Of a DNA stretch of 64,000 nucleotides, positions 42,370 to 54,052 are shown piece after piece. The notes under the pieces are model-generated. The model did not search any database. It was not told where the DNA came from and saw only the letters and a program-made list of their open reading frames with translations. The translations under genes were made by a program, and so were the position numbers. The stretch is from assembly GCF_016026235.1 (NCBI RefSeq), contig NZ_CP065613.1. The stretch is one strand, 5' to 3'. The DNA comes from Escherichia coli (GTDB lineage Bacteria > Pseudomonadota > Gammaproteobacteria > Enterobacterales > Enterobacteriaceae). Numbering within the stretch: position 1 is the stretch's first letter; each line of letters opens with the position of its first letter.

Positions 42370-44022
42370 ATGAAATTATTGCAGCGGGGCGTGGCGTTAG
42401 CACTGTTAACCACATTTACACTGGCGAGTGAAGCTGCTCTGGCGTATGAGCAGGATAAAACCTACAAAATTACAGTTCTGCATACCAATGATCATCATGG
42501 GCATTTTTGGCGCAATGAATATGGCGAATATGGTCTGGCGGCGCAAAAAACGCTGGTGGATGGTATCCGCAAAGAGGTTGCGGCTGAAGGCGGTAGCGTG
42601 CTGCTACTTTCCGGTGGCGACATTAACACTGGCGTGCCCGAGTCTGACTTACAGGATGCCGAACCTGATTTTCGCGGTATGAATCTGGTGGGCTATGACG
42701 CGATGGCGATCGGTAATCATGAATTTGATAATCCGCTCACCGTATTACGCCAGCAGGAAAAGTGGGCCAAGTTCCCGTTGCTTTCCGCGAATATCTACCA
42801 GAAAAGTACTGGCGAGCGCCTGTTTAAACCGTGGGCGCTGTTTAAGCGTCAGGATCTGAAAATTGCCGTTATTGGTCTGACGACGGATGACACAGCGAAG
42901 TTAGGCAATCCAGAAAACTTCACCGATATTGAGTTCCGTAAGCCCGCCGATGAAGCGAAGCTGGTGATTCAGGAGCTGCAACAGACAGAAAAGCCAGACA
43001 TTATTATCGCGGCGACACATATGGGGCATTACGATAACGGCGATCACGGTTCTAACGCACCGGGCGATGTGGAGATGGCACGCGCGTTGCCTGCCGGATC
43101 GCTGGCGATGATTGTCGGCGGTCACTCGCAAGATCCAGTCTGTATGGCAGCGGAAAATAAAAAGCAGGTAGATTACGTTCCGGGTACGCCATGCAAACCG
43201 GATCAACAAAACGGCATCTGGATTGTACAGGCGCATGAGTGGGGCAAGTACGTTGGTCGGGCCGACTTTGAGTTTCGCAACGGCGAAATGAAAATGGTTA
43301 ACTACCAGCTGATTCCGGTGAACCTGAAGAAGAAAGTGACCTGGGAAGACGGGAAAAGCGAGCGCGTGCTGTACACCCCGGAAATCGCTGAAAACCAGCA
43401 AATGATCTCGCTGTTATCACCGTTCCAGAACAAAGGCAAAGCGCAGCTGGAAGTGAAAATAGGCGAAACCAATGGTCGTCTGGAAGGCGATCGTGACAAA
43501 GTGCGTTTTGTACAGACCAATATGGGGCGGTTGATTCTGGCAGCACAAATGGATCGCACTGGTGCCGACTTTGCGGTGATGAGCGGAGGAGGAATTCGTG
43601 ATTCTATCGAAGCTGGCGATATCAGCTATAAAAACGTGCTGAAAGTGCAGCCATTCGGCAATGTGGTGGTGTATGCCGACATGACCGGTAAAGAGGTGAT
43701 TGATTACCTGACAGCCGTCGCACAAATGAAGCCAGATTCAGGTGCCTACCCGCAATTTGCCAACGTTAGCTTTGTGGCGAAAGACGGCAAACTGAACGAC
43801 CTGAAAATCAAAGGCGAACCGGTCGATCCGGCGAAAACTTACCGTATGGCGACATTAAATTTCAATGCCACCGGCGGTGATGGCTATCCGCGCCTTGATA
43901 ACAAACCGGGCTATGTGAATACCGGCTTTATTGATGCCGAAGTGCTGAAAGCGTATATCCAGAAAAGCTCGCCGCTGGATGTGAGTATTTATGAACCGAA
44001 AGGTGAGGTGAGCTGGCAGTAA
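42370..44022 (+). CDS. ushA: periplasmic UDP-sugar hydrolase / 5'-nucleotidase UshA
   Basis: ORF track 550 aa with signal peptide. Confidence 0.96.
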   Translation: MKLLQRGVALALLTTFTLASEAALAYEQDKTYKITVLHTNDHHGHFWRNEYGEYGLAAQKTLVDGIRKEVAAEGGSVLLLSGGDINTGVPESDLQDAEPDFRGMNLVGYDAMAIGNHEFDNPLTVLRQQEKWAKFPLLSANIYQKSTGERLFKPWALFKRQDLKIAVIGLTTDDTAKLGNPENFTDIEFRKPADEAKLVIQELQQTEKPDIIIAATHMGHYDNGDHGSNAPGDVEMARALPAGSLAMIVGGHSQDPVCMAAENKKQVDYVPGTPCKPDQQNGIWIVQAHEWGKYVGRADFEFRNGEMKMVNYQLIPVNLKKKVTWEDGKSERVLYTPEIAENQQMISLLSPFQNKGKAQLEVKIGETNGRLEGDRDKVRFVQTNMGRLILAAQMDRTGADFAVMSGGGIRDSIEAGDISYKNVLKVQPFGNVVVYADMTGKEVIDYLTAVAQMKPDSGAYPQFANVSFVAKDGKLNDLKIKGEPVDPAKTYRMATLNFNATGGDGYPRLDNKPGYVNTGFIDAEVLKAYIQKSSPLDVSIYEPKGEVSWQ

Positions 44023-44058
44023 TCCGAAAGTGCCGGATATTTGCATCCGGCACAATGC

Positions 44059-44553
<495 letters not shown>

Positions 44554-44659
44554 TTAAACAAAAAAACGAAGCAAGCATACGCCTGATGGCGGTCCAAAAA
44601 AAAGAGTCATCTTGCCTAAGAGTATTGGCAGGATGGTGAGATTGAGCGACAATCGAGTT

Positions 44660-44743
44660 ACACCGTCGCTTAAAGTGACGGCATAATAATAAAAAAATGA
44701 AATTCCTCTTTGACGGGCCAATAGCGATATTGGCCATTTTTTT
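44660..44743 (+). ncRNA. chiX: ChiX (MicM/SroB) small RNA
   Basis: About 84 nt ACACCGUCGCUUAAAGUGACGGCAUAAUAAUAAAAAAAUGAAAUUCCUCUUUGACGGGCCAAUAGCGAUAUUGGCCAUUUUUUU in the ybaK-ybaP intergenic region, ending in a terminator hairpin plus U-tract; recognised from memory. Confidence 0.88.
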
Positions 44744-45536
44744 AGCGCAACATTTGCGGTAAATTCCCTTCTCCATACAGGTGTAGTGCACCGACCGCGA
44801 CCACATATCGCCCCGGCGGCATGGCGCGTAATTTATCCCGCCAGGTGAGATTTCGCTGATGCATCAGCACATCGTACAGCGACTGACTGAACGTATTGGG
44901 CAGCGTTATTTCATTATTTTGCGGCGGCGCATTCAGCCACCAGCTCATCATTTGTTGCAGCAACCGTGCGTTGGTATGCCAGTGGGTCAGCGTATCGTCC
45001 AGCAGCGCCAGTCCTTTGTCAGGGAGCTGGAGCAACATGGCAATCTGGTTTTCAGCCCCTTCCAGTTCAATCACGGGTTTATGTTGTTGCTTCGCCGCCT
45101 GCAATAGCTGGTAATCGATACCGTATTCTGCCCGCAGCCCCAGTTTTTGCGCCTGCGTCGCCTGAAGAACCATCGCGATTTGCCACAGCGGTTGGGTAGA
45201 AAAGAGTGAGGGAGAAATGCCCATCTCCTGGCTAATGTGCTGCAGATTTTGGAGTTGCTCCTCGCTAATGCGCTCTTCCAGCGCCTCGCAGGCAGGCAAA
45301 TTAGCAAAAGGCGTATCGCTGGTGGAAACATCCGCCTCGACGATCAGCGCATCGGCGTTTTTGAGCTTTTTGAGCAAACGGGTGGGCAGGGGAGCCATAT
45401 CGTGGCTACCCATATGAATACTGCCAATCAGATGAAAATGGCGATTGCCGGGAAGGGTGATATCGATGGCAGGCCAGGTGTAATGATTACCGCGCAGCGC
45501 GGCCCAAAGCGTTTTTACCCGGTACAACAGATCCAT
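44742..45536 (-). CDS. ybaP: TraB-family protein YbaP
   Basis: ORF track 264 aa. Confidence 0.9.
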   Translation of the reverse strand: MDLLYRVKTLWAALRGNHYTWPAIDITLPGNRHFHLIGSIHMGSHDMAPLPTRLLKKLKNADALIVEADVSTSDTPFANLPACEALEERISEEQLQNLQHISQEMGISPSLFSTQPLWQIAMVLQATQAQKLGLRAEYGIDYQLLQAAKQQHKPVIELEGAENQIAMLLQLPDKGLALLDDTLTHWHTNARLLQQMMSWWLNAPPQNNEITLPNTFSQSLYDVLMHQRNLTWRDKLRAMPPGRYVVAVGALHLYGEGNLPQMLR

Positions 45537-45673
45537 ACGACCTCCCTTTGTGAAATATCATGCTAGCGCGCGGTGAGGGATGGCGCAAATGGAGTTGGGG
45601 ACTTGTTTAATGTGTTTGTATGATTCAGTATGTTCTTGTATCGCTATTCACAGGGAAGCAACAGTTAAAAACT

Positions 45674-46015
45674 ATGAAACAGGCAACAAGAAAACCGACG
45701 ACACCCGGAGATATTCTTCTCTATGAATATCTGGAACCGCTCGCTTTGAAAATCAATGAGTTAGCAGAGTTGCTGCATGTTCATCGTAATAGCGTCAGTA
45801 CACTGATCAATAATAATCGTAAACTCACCACTGAAATGGCATTCCGTCTGGCGAAAGTTTTTGATACCACAGTCGATTTTTGGCTAAACCTTCAGGCGGC
45901 AGTTGATCTTTGGGAAGTTGAAAACAACATGCGCACCCAGGAAGAATTGGGACGGATTGAAACAGTGGCTGAATATTTGGCACGCCGTGAAGAGCGTGCA
46001 AAAAAGGTCGCGTAA
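45674..46015 (+). CDS. ybaQ: XRE-family HTH protein YbaQ (HigA-like)
   Basis: 113 aa starting MKQATRKPTTPGDILLYEYLEPL inside ORF 45620..46015. Confidence 0.88.
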   Translation: MKQATRKPTTPGDILLYEYLEPLALKINELAELLHVHRNSVSTLINNNRKLTTEMAFRLAKVFDTTVDFWLNLQAAVDLWEVENNMRTQEELGRIETVAEYLARREERAKKVA

Positions 46016-46037
46016 GGCCAAAACATCGCTTCATCTC

Positions 46038-46275
<238 letters not shown>

Positions 46276-46330
46276 TCATGCGTCGATGCCAAATGCGCCA
46301 CCCTAAAGCAGCGCATCCGCAATGACATAC

Positions 46331-48835
46331 TTATTCCTTCGGTTTAAACCGCAGCAACCGGTTGGCGTTACTCACTACGGTAATCGACGAGAGCGCCATT
46401 GCCGCTCCGGCAACTACCGGGTTAAGCAGTGTTCCAGTAAACGGCCACAAAATACCGGCGGCGACCGGAATACCGATACTGTTGTAGATAAACGCGCCGA
46501 GCAGGTTCTGCTTCATGTTGCGCAGCGTTGCGCGGGAAATAGCGAGCGCATCCGCAACGCCCATCAGGCTATGGCGCATCAGGGTAATCGCCGCGGTTTC
46601 AATAGCAACATCACTGCCGCCACCCATCGCAATGCCGACATCCGCCTGAGCCAGCGCTGGCGCGTCGTTAATGCCGTCGCCCACCATTGCCACCTGACGT
46701 CCTTCACTTTGCAGGCGTTTAATCGCTTCGGCTTTACCGTCCGGCAGCACCCCGGCTATCACCTCATCAATCCCTGCTTCTTTGGCGATTGCATTGGCGG
46801 TGGTTGGGTTATCCCCGGTCAACATCACCAGACGATATCCCGCTTTATGCAGGCGTTGCAGCGCCGCCACGCTATCACTACGCAATGGATCGCGTACAGC
46901 CAGCAGGGCTACCGCTTTCCCGTCAACCGCCAGCAGCACAGGCGTTGCCCCTTGCGATGCCTGAGCAGTAATCTCCGCTTCGATAGCTTTGGTATCAACC
47001 TGTTGCTCATTTAACAACGCCTGATTACCCAGCAATAACGCATGACCTTCTGCTTCACCGCTCACGCCCAGCCCGCGCAATGTGCGGAAATCGTTGACCT
47101 GCGGCAGCTGCATATCGCCTGCTTTATCGAGGATCGCTCGTGCCAGCGGATGGCTGGAACCTTGCTCCAGCGCCGCCGCCAGACGCAATGCTTGCGCTTC
47201 ATCAACATCAGCAAATGTTTTTACTGCGACAACCTGCGGCTTCCCTTCGGTCAGCGTCCCGGTTTTATCGAACACTACGGTATCGAGTGTACTGGCGCGT
47301 TGCAGCGCGTCGGCGTCCCGCACCAGCACGCCAAACTCAGCCGCCCGCCCGACGCCGGAAATAATCGACATTGGCGTCGCCAGCCCCAGCGCACACGGAC
47401 AGGCAATAATCAGCACCGTGGTGGCTATCACCAGGGTATAGACAATCTGCGGTGCCGGACCAAAGAAATACCAGATTGCTGCACTGATCAGCGCAATCAC
47501 CACTACTACCGGCACAAATACGGCTGAGATTTTATCCGCCAGCTGACCGATTTCTGGCTTGCTGCTCTGGGCCTGGCGCACCATGCGAATGATCCGTGAC
47601 AGCGTGGTATGGCTGCCAACCGCACTGGCACGAAACAGCACACTGCCGTCCTGTACCACTGTCCCGGCATGGACGCTATCGCCTTCGCCTTTTTGCTGCG
47701 GGATTGGTTCGCCCGTCAGCATCGCTTCATCCAGCCATGCTTCGCCCTGGGTAATCTCACCATCTACCGGCACGCGATCGCCGGTCGTCAGGCGCAGTAA
47801 CATCCCAGGCTGAACTTCCGCCAGCGGCACGCTTTTTTCACCCTCTGCGGTGACCACTCGCGCCGTCGGTGGGGTTAAATCGAGTAATTTCTCCAGCGCC
47901 TTAGAAGAACGCTGACGCGCGCGCGCTTCCAGCATATGGCCGAGATTAATCAGACCGATAATCATCGCACTGGCTTCATAGTAAAGATGCCGCGCTTCCA
48001 TCGGGAACCACTGCGGCCACAGGTTGACGCTCATCGAATAGAGCCACGCCACACCCGTACCCAGCGCCACCAGCGTATCCATCGTCGCCGCACCGTTCAG
48101 CAGGCTTTTCCACGCGCTGCGGTAAAAATGGCCGCCGGCGAAAACCATTACCGCCAGGGTTATCAGGCCGATAACTAACCACAAGCTGCGGTTGTCAGCG
48201 GTGACCATCATGTTATCGCCGATCATCCCCCAGACCATTACCGGGATACCCACAGCCAGTGCAACAATTGCCTGCCAGCGGAAGCGCTTCATCGTAGCTA
48301 CGGCGGTTTCTTGCTGGCGCTCGCGGCGTTTAGCGTCATCTTCAATCGCTTCCGCACCGTAGCCCGCTTTTTCCACCGCCTGCACTAAATCTTGTGGGGA
48401 GGCACTGCCCATCACCAGCGCAGTACGCTCCGCCAGGTTTACCCGTGCCTGAGTGACGCCCGGTACGCTTTGCAGCGCATTTTGTACGCGGGTGACACAG
48501 CTGGCGCAGCTCATGCCGCTCAGCAGCAACTGCTGGCTGTCATCGTCATCGGCGGTCGCTGCCGGAAGCGCCTCAGAAACCGCTGTCAGTGCTTCCGACG
48601 GGATTGATGACTCCGCCAGCGGTTTAGCCTTTGGGTGGCTTACAGATGCGTCATAACCCGCTTGTTTGATGGTTTCGATCAGCTGTTCTGCACTGGCAGT
48701 CCCGGTAACGTGCGCTTCAGTGATAGACACATCCGCTTGTTCCACATCCGGGCGCTGTTCGAGACTTTCTTTCACGCGTTTAACGCAGTGACCGCAGGAC
48801 AGGCCGTCCAGGGTCAGGTCGATAGTTTGTGACAT
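46331..48835 (-). CDS. copA: Cu(I)-exporting P-type ATPase CopA
   Basis: ORF track 834 aa; two N-terminal GxxCxxC metal-binding domains, CPC motif, DKTGT phosphorylation site. Confidence 0.97.
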   Translation of the reverse strand: MSQTIDLTLDGLSCGHCVKRVKESLEQRPDVEQADVSITEAHVTGTASAEQLIETIKQAGYDASVSHPKAKPLAESSIPSEALTAVSEALPAATADDDDSQQLLLSGMSCASCVTRVQNALQSVPGVTQARVNLAERTALVMGSASPQDLVQAVEKAGYGAEAIEDDAKRRERQQETAVATMKRFRWQAIVALAVGIPVMVWGMIGDNMMVTADNRSLWLVIGLITLAVMVFAGGHFYRSAWKSLLNGAATMDTLVALGTGVAWLYSMSVNLWPQWFPMEARHLYYEASAMIIGLINLGHMLEARARQRSSKALEKLLDLTPPTARVVTAEGEKSVPLAEVQPGMLLRLTTGDRVPVDGEITQGEAWLDEAMLTGEPIPQQKGEGDSVHAGTVVQDGSVLFRASAVGSHTTLSRIIRMVRQAQSSKPEIGQLADKISAVFVPVVVVIALISAAIWYFFGPAPQIVYTLVIATTVLIIACPCALGLATPMSIISGVGRAAEFGVLVRDADALQRASTLDTVVFDKTGTLTEGKPQVVAVKTFADVDEAQALRLAAALEQGSSHPLARAILDKAGDMQLPQVNDFRTLRGLGVSGEAEGHALLLGNQALLNEQQVDTKAIEAEITAQASQGATPVLLAVDGKAVALLAVRDPLRSDSVAALQRLHKAGYRLVMLTGDNPTTANAIAKEAGIDEVIAGVLPDGKAEAIKRLQSEGRQVAMVGDGINDAPALAQADVGIAMGGGSDVAIETAAITLMRHSLMGVADALAISRATLRNMKQNLLGAFIYNSIGIPVAAGILWPFTGTLLNPVVAGAAMALSSITVVSNANRLLRFKPKE

Positions 48836-48882
48836 AAAACACTCCTTTAAGACAGTTTTGACTGGCTGTGATAAAGGTTAAA

Positions 48883-48901
48883 CCTTCCAGCAAGGGGAAG
48901 G
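48883..48901 (-). promoter_or_regulatory. CueR operator in the copA promoter (CCTTCC-N7-GGAAGG dyad between -35 TTGACC and -10 TAACCT, 19 bp spacer)
   Basis: Dyad and MerR-type long-spacer promoter read directly upstream of copA. Confidence 0.8.
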
Positions 48902-49096
48902 TCAAGAAATTAATAAACCAGGCGAGTAAAAGTCCGTAAAGATTAAAAAATTGGCTCAATTTGCATCAGGATTAGACATTTATCTCTTTGTTTTCCTGTA
49001 GTTAAGTTGCGGGTGCTAAGTTAAATCAGGATGCCTGAAAATCGGCACCGGGGTGAGGAATTACCTCCCGCATCTATAAAAAGGAGTTAACAAAAG

Positions 49097-50029
49097 ATGT
49101 TAGATGCAAACAAATTACAGCAGGCAGTGGATCAGGCTCACACCCAATTTCACTCACTTAACGGCGGACAAAATGCCGATTACATTCCCTTTCTGGCGAA
49201 TGTGCCTGGTCAACTGGCAGCAGTGGCTATCGTGACCAGCGATGGCAACGTCTATAGTGCGGGTGACAGTGATTACCGCTTTGCGCTGGAATCCATCTCG
49301 AAAGTCTGTACGTTAGCCCTTGCGTTAGAAGATGTCGGCCCGCAGGCGGTACAGGACAAAATTGGCGCTGACCCGACCGGATTGCCCTTTAACTCAGTTA
49401 TCGCCTTAGAGTTGCATGGCGGCAAACCGCTGTCGCCACTGGTAAATGCTGGCGCTATTGCCACCACCAGCCTGATTAACGCTGAAAATGCCGAACAACG
49501 CTGGCAGCGAATTTTACATATCCAACAGCAACTGGCTGGTGAGCTGGTAGCGCTCTCTGACGAAGTCAACCAGTCGGAACAAACAACCAACTTCCATAAC
49601 CGGGCCATTGCCTGGCTGCTGTACTCCGCCGGATATCTCTATTGTGATGCAATGGAAGCCTGTGACGTGTACACCCGTCAGTGCTCCACGCTCATCAATA
49701 CTGTTGAACTGGCAACGCTTGGCGCGACGCTGGCGGCGGGTGGTGTGAATCCGTTGACGCATAAACGCGTTCTTCAGGCCGACAACGTGCCGTACATTCT
49801 GGCCGAAATGATGATGGAAGGGCTGTATGGTCGCTCCGGTGACTGGGCGTATCGTGTTGGTTTACCGGGCAAAAGCGGTGTAGGTGGCGGTATTCTGGCG
49901 GTCGTCCCTGGAGTGATGGGAATTGCCGCGTTCTCACCACCGCTGGACGAAGAAGGCAACAGTGTTCGCGGTCAAAAAATGGTGGCATCGGTCGCTAAGC
50001 AACTCGGCTATAACGTGTTTAAGGGCTGA
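49097..50029 (+). CDS. glsA: glutaminase 1
   Basis: ORF track 310 aa. Confidence 0.93.
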   Translation: MLDANKLQQAVDQAHTQFHSLNGGQNADYIPFLANVPGQLAAVAIVTSDGNVYSAGDSDYRFALESISKVCTLALALEDVGPQAVQDKIGADPTGLPFNSVIALELHGGKPLSPLVNAGAIATTSLINAENAEQRWQRILHIQQQLAGELVALSDEVNQSEQTTNFHNRAIAWLLYSAGYLYCDAMEACDVYTRQCSTLINTVELATLGATLAAGGVNPLTHKRVLQADNVPYILAEMMMEGLYGRSGDWAYRVGLPGKSGVGGGILAVVPGVMGIAAFSPPLDEEGNSVRGQKMVASVAKQLGYNVFKG

Positions 50030-50031
50030 TC

Positions 50032-51324
50032 ATGATGAACACGGAAGGTAATAACGGTAACAAACCCCTCGGTCTATGGAATGTCGTTTCCATCGGTATT
50101 GGGGCAATGGTGGGGGCGGGGATCTTCGCGCTGCTGGGGCAGGCTGCGTTGCTAATGGAAGCCTCGACCTGGGTCGCCTTTGCTTTTGGCGGTATTGTGG
50201 CGATGTTTTCCGGTTATGCCTATGCGCGTCTGGGGGCGAGCTATCCCAGCAATGGCGGCATTATCGACTTCTTTCGTCGCGGATTAGGCAACGGCGTCTT
50301 TTCGCTGGCGCTCTCGTTACTGTACCTGTTGACGCTGGCGGTGAGCATCGCCATGGTCGCCCGTGCTTTTGGCGCTTATGCCGTGCAGTTTTTGCATGAA
50401 GGCAGCCAGGAGGAGCACCTTATTTTGCTCTACGCGTTGGGGATCATTGCGGTGATGACGCTTTTCAACTCCTTAAGCAACCATGCGGTAGGGCGGCTGG
50501 AAGTGATCCTCGTCGGCATTAAAATGATGATCCTGTTATTGCTGATTATTGCCGGTGTCTGGTCGCTGCAACCGGCGCATATTTCCGTCTCTGCGCCCCC
50601 CAGCTCCGGTGCGTTCTTCTCCTGTATCGGGATAACCTTCCTTGCCTATGCGGGCTTTGGCATGATGGCGAACGCGGCGGATAAAGTGAAAGATCCGCAG
50701 GTCATTATGCCACGGGCGTTTCTGGTGGCGATTGGCGTTACCACGTTGCTTTACATCTCGCTGGCGCTGGTTTTGCTTAGCGATGTATCGGCATTAGAGT
50801 TAGAAAAATATGCCGATACCGCCGTAGCGCAGGCAGCTTCTCCGCTGCTCGGGCATGTGGGTTATGTGATCGTCGTCATCGGCGCTTTACTGGCGACGGC
50901 TTCAGCCATCAACGCGAACCTGTTCGCCGTGTTTAACATCATGGACAACATGGGCAGCGAACGCGAACTGCCGAAGCTAATGAATAAATCCCTGTGGCGG
51001 CAGAGTACCTGGGGCAACATCATTGTCGTGGTGTTGATTATGCTGATGACGGCGGCATTAAATTTAGGCTCACTCGCCAGCGTTGCCAGCGCCACCTTTT
51101 TGATTTGCTATCTGGCGGTGTTTGTGGTGGCGATCCGCCTGCGTCATGATATTCACGCCTCGTTGCCGATTCTTATCGTAGGTACGTTGGTGATGTTGTT
51201 GGTGATCGTTGGCTTTATCTACAGCCTGTGGTCCCAGGGCAGCCGTGCGTTGATATGGATTATTGGCGCAATCTTACTCAGCCTTATTGTGGCAATGGTC
51301 ATGAAGCGCAATAAAACCGTATAA
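50032..51324 (+). CDS. ybaT: APC-family amino acid transporter YbaT
   Basis: ORF track 430 aa, polytopic. Confidence 0.9.
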   Translation: MMNTEGNNGNKPLGLWNVVSIGIGAMVGAGIFALLGQAALLMEASTWVAFAFGGIVAMFSGYAYARLGASYPSNGGIIDFFRRGLGNGVFSLALSLLYLLTLAVSIAMVARAFGAYAVQFLHEGSQEEHLILLYALGIIAVMTLFNSLSNHAVGRLEVILVGIKMMILLLLIIAGVWSLQPAHISVSAPPSSGAFFSCIGITFLAYAGFGMMANAADKVKDPQVIMPRAFLVAIGVTTLLYISLALVLLSDVSALELEKYADTAVAQAASPLLGHVGYVIVVIGALLATASAINANLFAVFNIMDNMGSERELPKLMNKSLWRQSTWGNIIVVVLIMLMTAALNLGSLASVASATFLICYLAVFVVAIRLRHDIHASLPILIVGTLVMLLVIVGFIYSLWSQGSRALIWIIGAILLSLIVAMVMKRNKTV

Positions 51325-51448
51325 CATCTCTCTGTGCGCAGTACTTCCTGTATTATTGTGGTGGCGGTCGATATTCGCACTGGCAAAAAAACGTGCTTGA
51401 ATATCTGTTGAAACCCTTTAACAAAGCACAGGAGGCGTTGCGCGAACG

Positions 51449-51856
51449 ATGAACATCAGCGATGTAGCAAAAATTACCGGCCTGACCAGCAAAGCCATTC
51501 GCTTCTATGAAGAGAAGGGGCTGGTGACGCCGCCGATGCGCAGCGAAAACGGTTATCGCACCTACACGCAGCAGCATCTCAACGAACTGACCTTACTGCG
51601 CCAGGCACGGCAGGTGGGCTTTAACCTGGAAGAGAGCGGCGAGCTGGTGAATCTGTTTAACGACCCGCAGCGGCACAGCGCCGACGTCAAACGGCGCACG
51701 CTGGAGAAGGTGGCGGAGATCGAACGACACATTGAGGAGCTGCAATCCATGCGCGACCAGCTGCTGGCACTGGCGAATGCCTGCCCTGGCGATGACAGCG
51801 CCGACTGCCCGATTATCGAAAATCTCTCCGGCTGCTGTCATCATCGGGCAGGGTGA
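51449..51856 (+). CDS. cueR: MerR-family copper-responsive regulator CueR
   Basis: ORF track 135 aa; C-terminal CPGDDSADC metal-binding loop. Confidence 0.95.
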
Positions 51857-52315
51857 TTAAGACGAGACGGCTCGGATATGTAGGGTTATCCCTTCTATCG
51901 CAATGACTTCAACATGCGTACCTGCACCGAGATCCTCGCTGGCGCTGACAGGCCATGAACTGTCACCGACGCGCATATGACCGCGCCCGTTGACCAGCGG
52001 AGATTCCAGCACAAAACGTCGGCCAATCAGCTGCTGCCCGCGCTGGTTTAAATGACTGTCGCTGTGCTTTTGTTCGCGCACCCGCCGCGACAACCATTTC
52101 CACCACAGCCAGGCGGCGAGCAGCGTCAGGACGGCAAACATCACCCCTTGCCACTCCCAACCCAGCGGCACCAGCCAGACCACCAGGCCGGTAATCACCG
52201 CTGCCACGCCACTCCACAACAAATAACCATTTCCGCCCAGCATCTCGGCTGCCAGCAGCAAACCGCCGAGACTGAGCCAGAAAATATGTGGATGAACGAC
52301 CATTAACTCCATCAT
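51857..52315 (-). CDS. ybbJ: NfeD-like inner membrane protein YbbJ
   Basis: ORF track 152 aa; overlaps the start of qmcA, operon-like. Confidence 0.88.
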   Translation of the reverse strand: MMELMVVHPHIFWLSLGGLLLAAEMLGGNGYLLWSGVAAVITGLVVWLVPLGWEWQGVMFAVLTLLAAWLWWKWLSRRVREQKHSDSHLNQRGQQLIGRRFVLESPLVNGRGHMRVGDSSWPVSASEDLGAGTHVEVIAIEGITLHIRAVSS

Positions 52316-53229
52316 GGCTGAGTCCGTTTGTTGGCGCTGTCTTTCACCAGCTCAGCAATCCCGGCAATCGACCCCATCAGGCTGCTGGCCTCTAATGGCA
52401 TCATCACCACTTTGCTGTTACTGGACGAACCGATCTGCTGTAACGCTTCGGTGTATTTCTGCGCTACGAAGTAGTTCACCGCCTGAATATCACCGGAGGC
52501 GATGGCTTCAGACACCATTTTGGTGGCGCGGGCTTCTGCTTCAGCGGAACGTTCACGCGCTTCAGCCTGTAAAAACGCCGACTGACGTTCGCCTTCCGCT
52601 TTCAGGATTTGCGACTGTTTTTCACCTTCGGCTTTGAGGATTTCCGCCTGACGGATCCCTTCCGCTTCAAGAATGTAAGCGCGTTTGGTACGTTCCGCTT
52701 TCATCTGCGCGTTCATTGAAGAGATAAGCTCTGCCGGTGGGCGCACGTCGCGAATTTCAATACGGGTGACTTTAATCCCCCACGGGTTAGTGGCTTCATC
52801 GACAATACGCAGCAGGCGTGAGTTGATGCTGTCGCGCTGAGAGAGCATTTCGTCAAGTTCCATTGAACCCAGCACGGTACGGATGTTAGTCATGGTCAGG
52901 TTGATGATCGCCAGCTCCAGATTGCTGACTTCATAAGCCGCGCGCGGCGCATCAATCACCTGAATAAAGCACACGGCGTCGATGGTAACGTTGGCGTTAT
53001 CTTTCGAGATAACTTCCTGGGAAGGGATATCGAGCACTTGCTCCATCATATTGATCTTGCGACCAATGCGATCCATAAACGGCACCACCAGACTGAGCCC
53101 CGGCTGTAACGTTTTGGTATAGCGACCAAAACGTTCTACCGTCCATTGATAGCCCTGCGGCACGATTTTGACGCCCGCGCCGACAATGACCAGCGCGACA
53201 AAAATGAGAATCGGGATAAAGATAAGCAT
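52312..53229 (-). CDS. qmcA: SPFH/stomatin-family protein QmcA (YbbK)
   Basis: ORF track 305 aa. Confidence 0.92.
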   Translation of the reverse strand: MLIFIPILIFVALVIVGAGVKIVPQGYQWTVERFGRYTKTLQPGLSLVVPFMDRIGRKINMMEQVLDIPSQEVISKDNANVTIDAVCFIQVIDAPRAAYEVSNLELAIINLTMTNIRTVLGSMELDEMLSQRDSINSRLLRIVDEATNPWGIKVTRIEIRDVRPPAELISSMNAQMKAERTKRAYILEAEGIRQAEILKAEGEKQSQILKAEGERQSAFLQAEARERSAEAEARATKMVSEAIASGDIQAVNYFVAQKYTEALQQIGSSSNSKVVMMPLEASSLMGSIAGIAELVKDSANKRTQP

Positions 53230-53374
53230 CGGAAAAACCTCCTGTTGTACCGTCCATAATCAGCAAAATTGCTGCTTGATTAAACAAATTATACCTGATT
53301 ACTGAAAGAGAGTTCCCCCTTATTCCTGCGAAGGATAAACTGTTTTTAGTAAAAATCAGAAAAAGGGAACAGCG

Positions 53375-54052
53375 ATGCAGGAAAATAGTCCTTTGCTTCA
53401 GCTACAAAACGTAGGATATCTGGCGGGTGATGCGAAGATTCTTAATAACATCAATTTTTCGCTGCGTGCTGGCGAATTTAAGTTAATTACCGGTCCTTCT
53501 GGTTGTGGCAAAAGTACGTTGCTAAAAATAGTTGCTTCATTGATCAGCCCAACCAGCGGAACGTTACTGTTTGAAGGTGAGGATGTCAGCACACTAAAGC
53601 CAGAAATCTACCGCCAGCAAGTTTCTTACTGCGCCCAGACGCCGACGCTGTTTGGCGATACGGTATACGATAACCTGATTTTTCCCTGGCAGATCCGTAA
53701 CCAGCAGCCTGACCCGGCCATTTTTCTCGATTTTCTCGAACGCTTCGCTTTGCCGGACAGCGTTTTGACGAAGAATATCGCCGAGCTATCTGGTGGTGAA
53801 AAACAACGCATCTCATTGATTCGTAACCTGCAATTTATGCCGAAGGTTTTATTGCTGGATGAAATAACCAGTGCGCTGGATGAAAGTAATAAACATAACG
53901 TCAATGAGATGATCCATCGTTATGTGCGCGAGCAAAATATTGCCGTGCTGTGGGTGACACACGATAAAGACGAAATTAATCATGCGGATAAAGTGATTAC
54001 ACTGCAACCGCATGCCGGAGAAATGCAGGAAGCACGCTATGAACTCGCATAA
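53375..54052 (+). CDS. fetA: ABC transporter ATP-binding protein FetA (YbbL)
   Basis: ORF track 225 aa; Walker A GPSGCGKST, signature LSGGEKQR. Confidence 0.92.
   Translation: MQENSPLLQLQNVGYLAGDAKILNNINFSLRAGEFKLITGPSGCGKSTLLKIVASLISPTSGTLLFEGEDVSTLKPEIYRQQVSYCAQTPTLFGDTVYDNLIFPWQIRNQQPDPAIFLDFLERFALPDSVLTKNIAELSGGEKQRISLIRNLQFMPKVLLLDEITSALDESNKHNVNEMIHRYVREQNIAVLWVTHDKDEINHADKVITLQPHAGEMQEARYELA

Noticed and set aside
46322-47527. ORFs antisense to copA (e.g. 46322..47014 of 230 aa, 47042..47527 of 161 aa)
   Set aside because: Antisense frames in a GC-rich P-type ATPase gene, Arg/His/Gln-rich translations, no independent support
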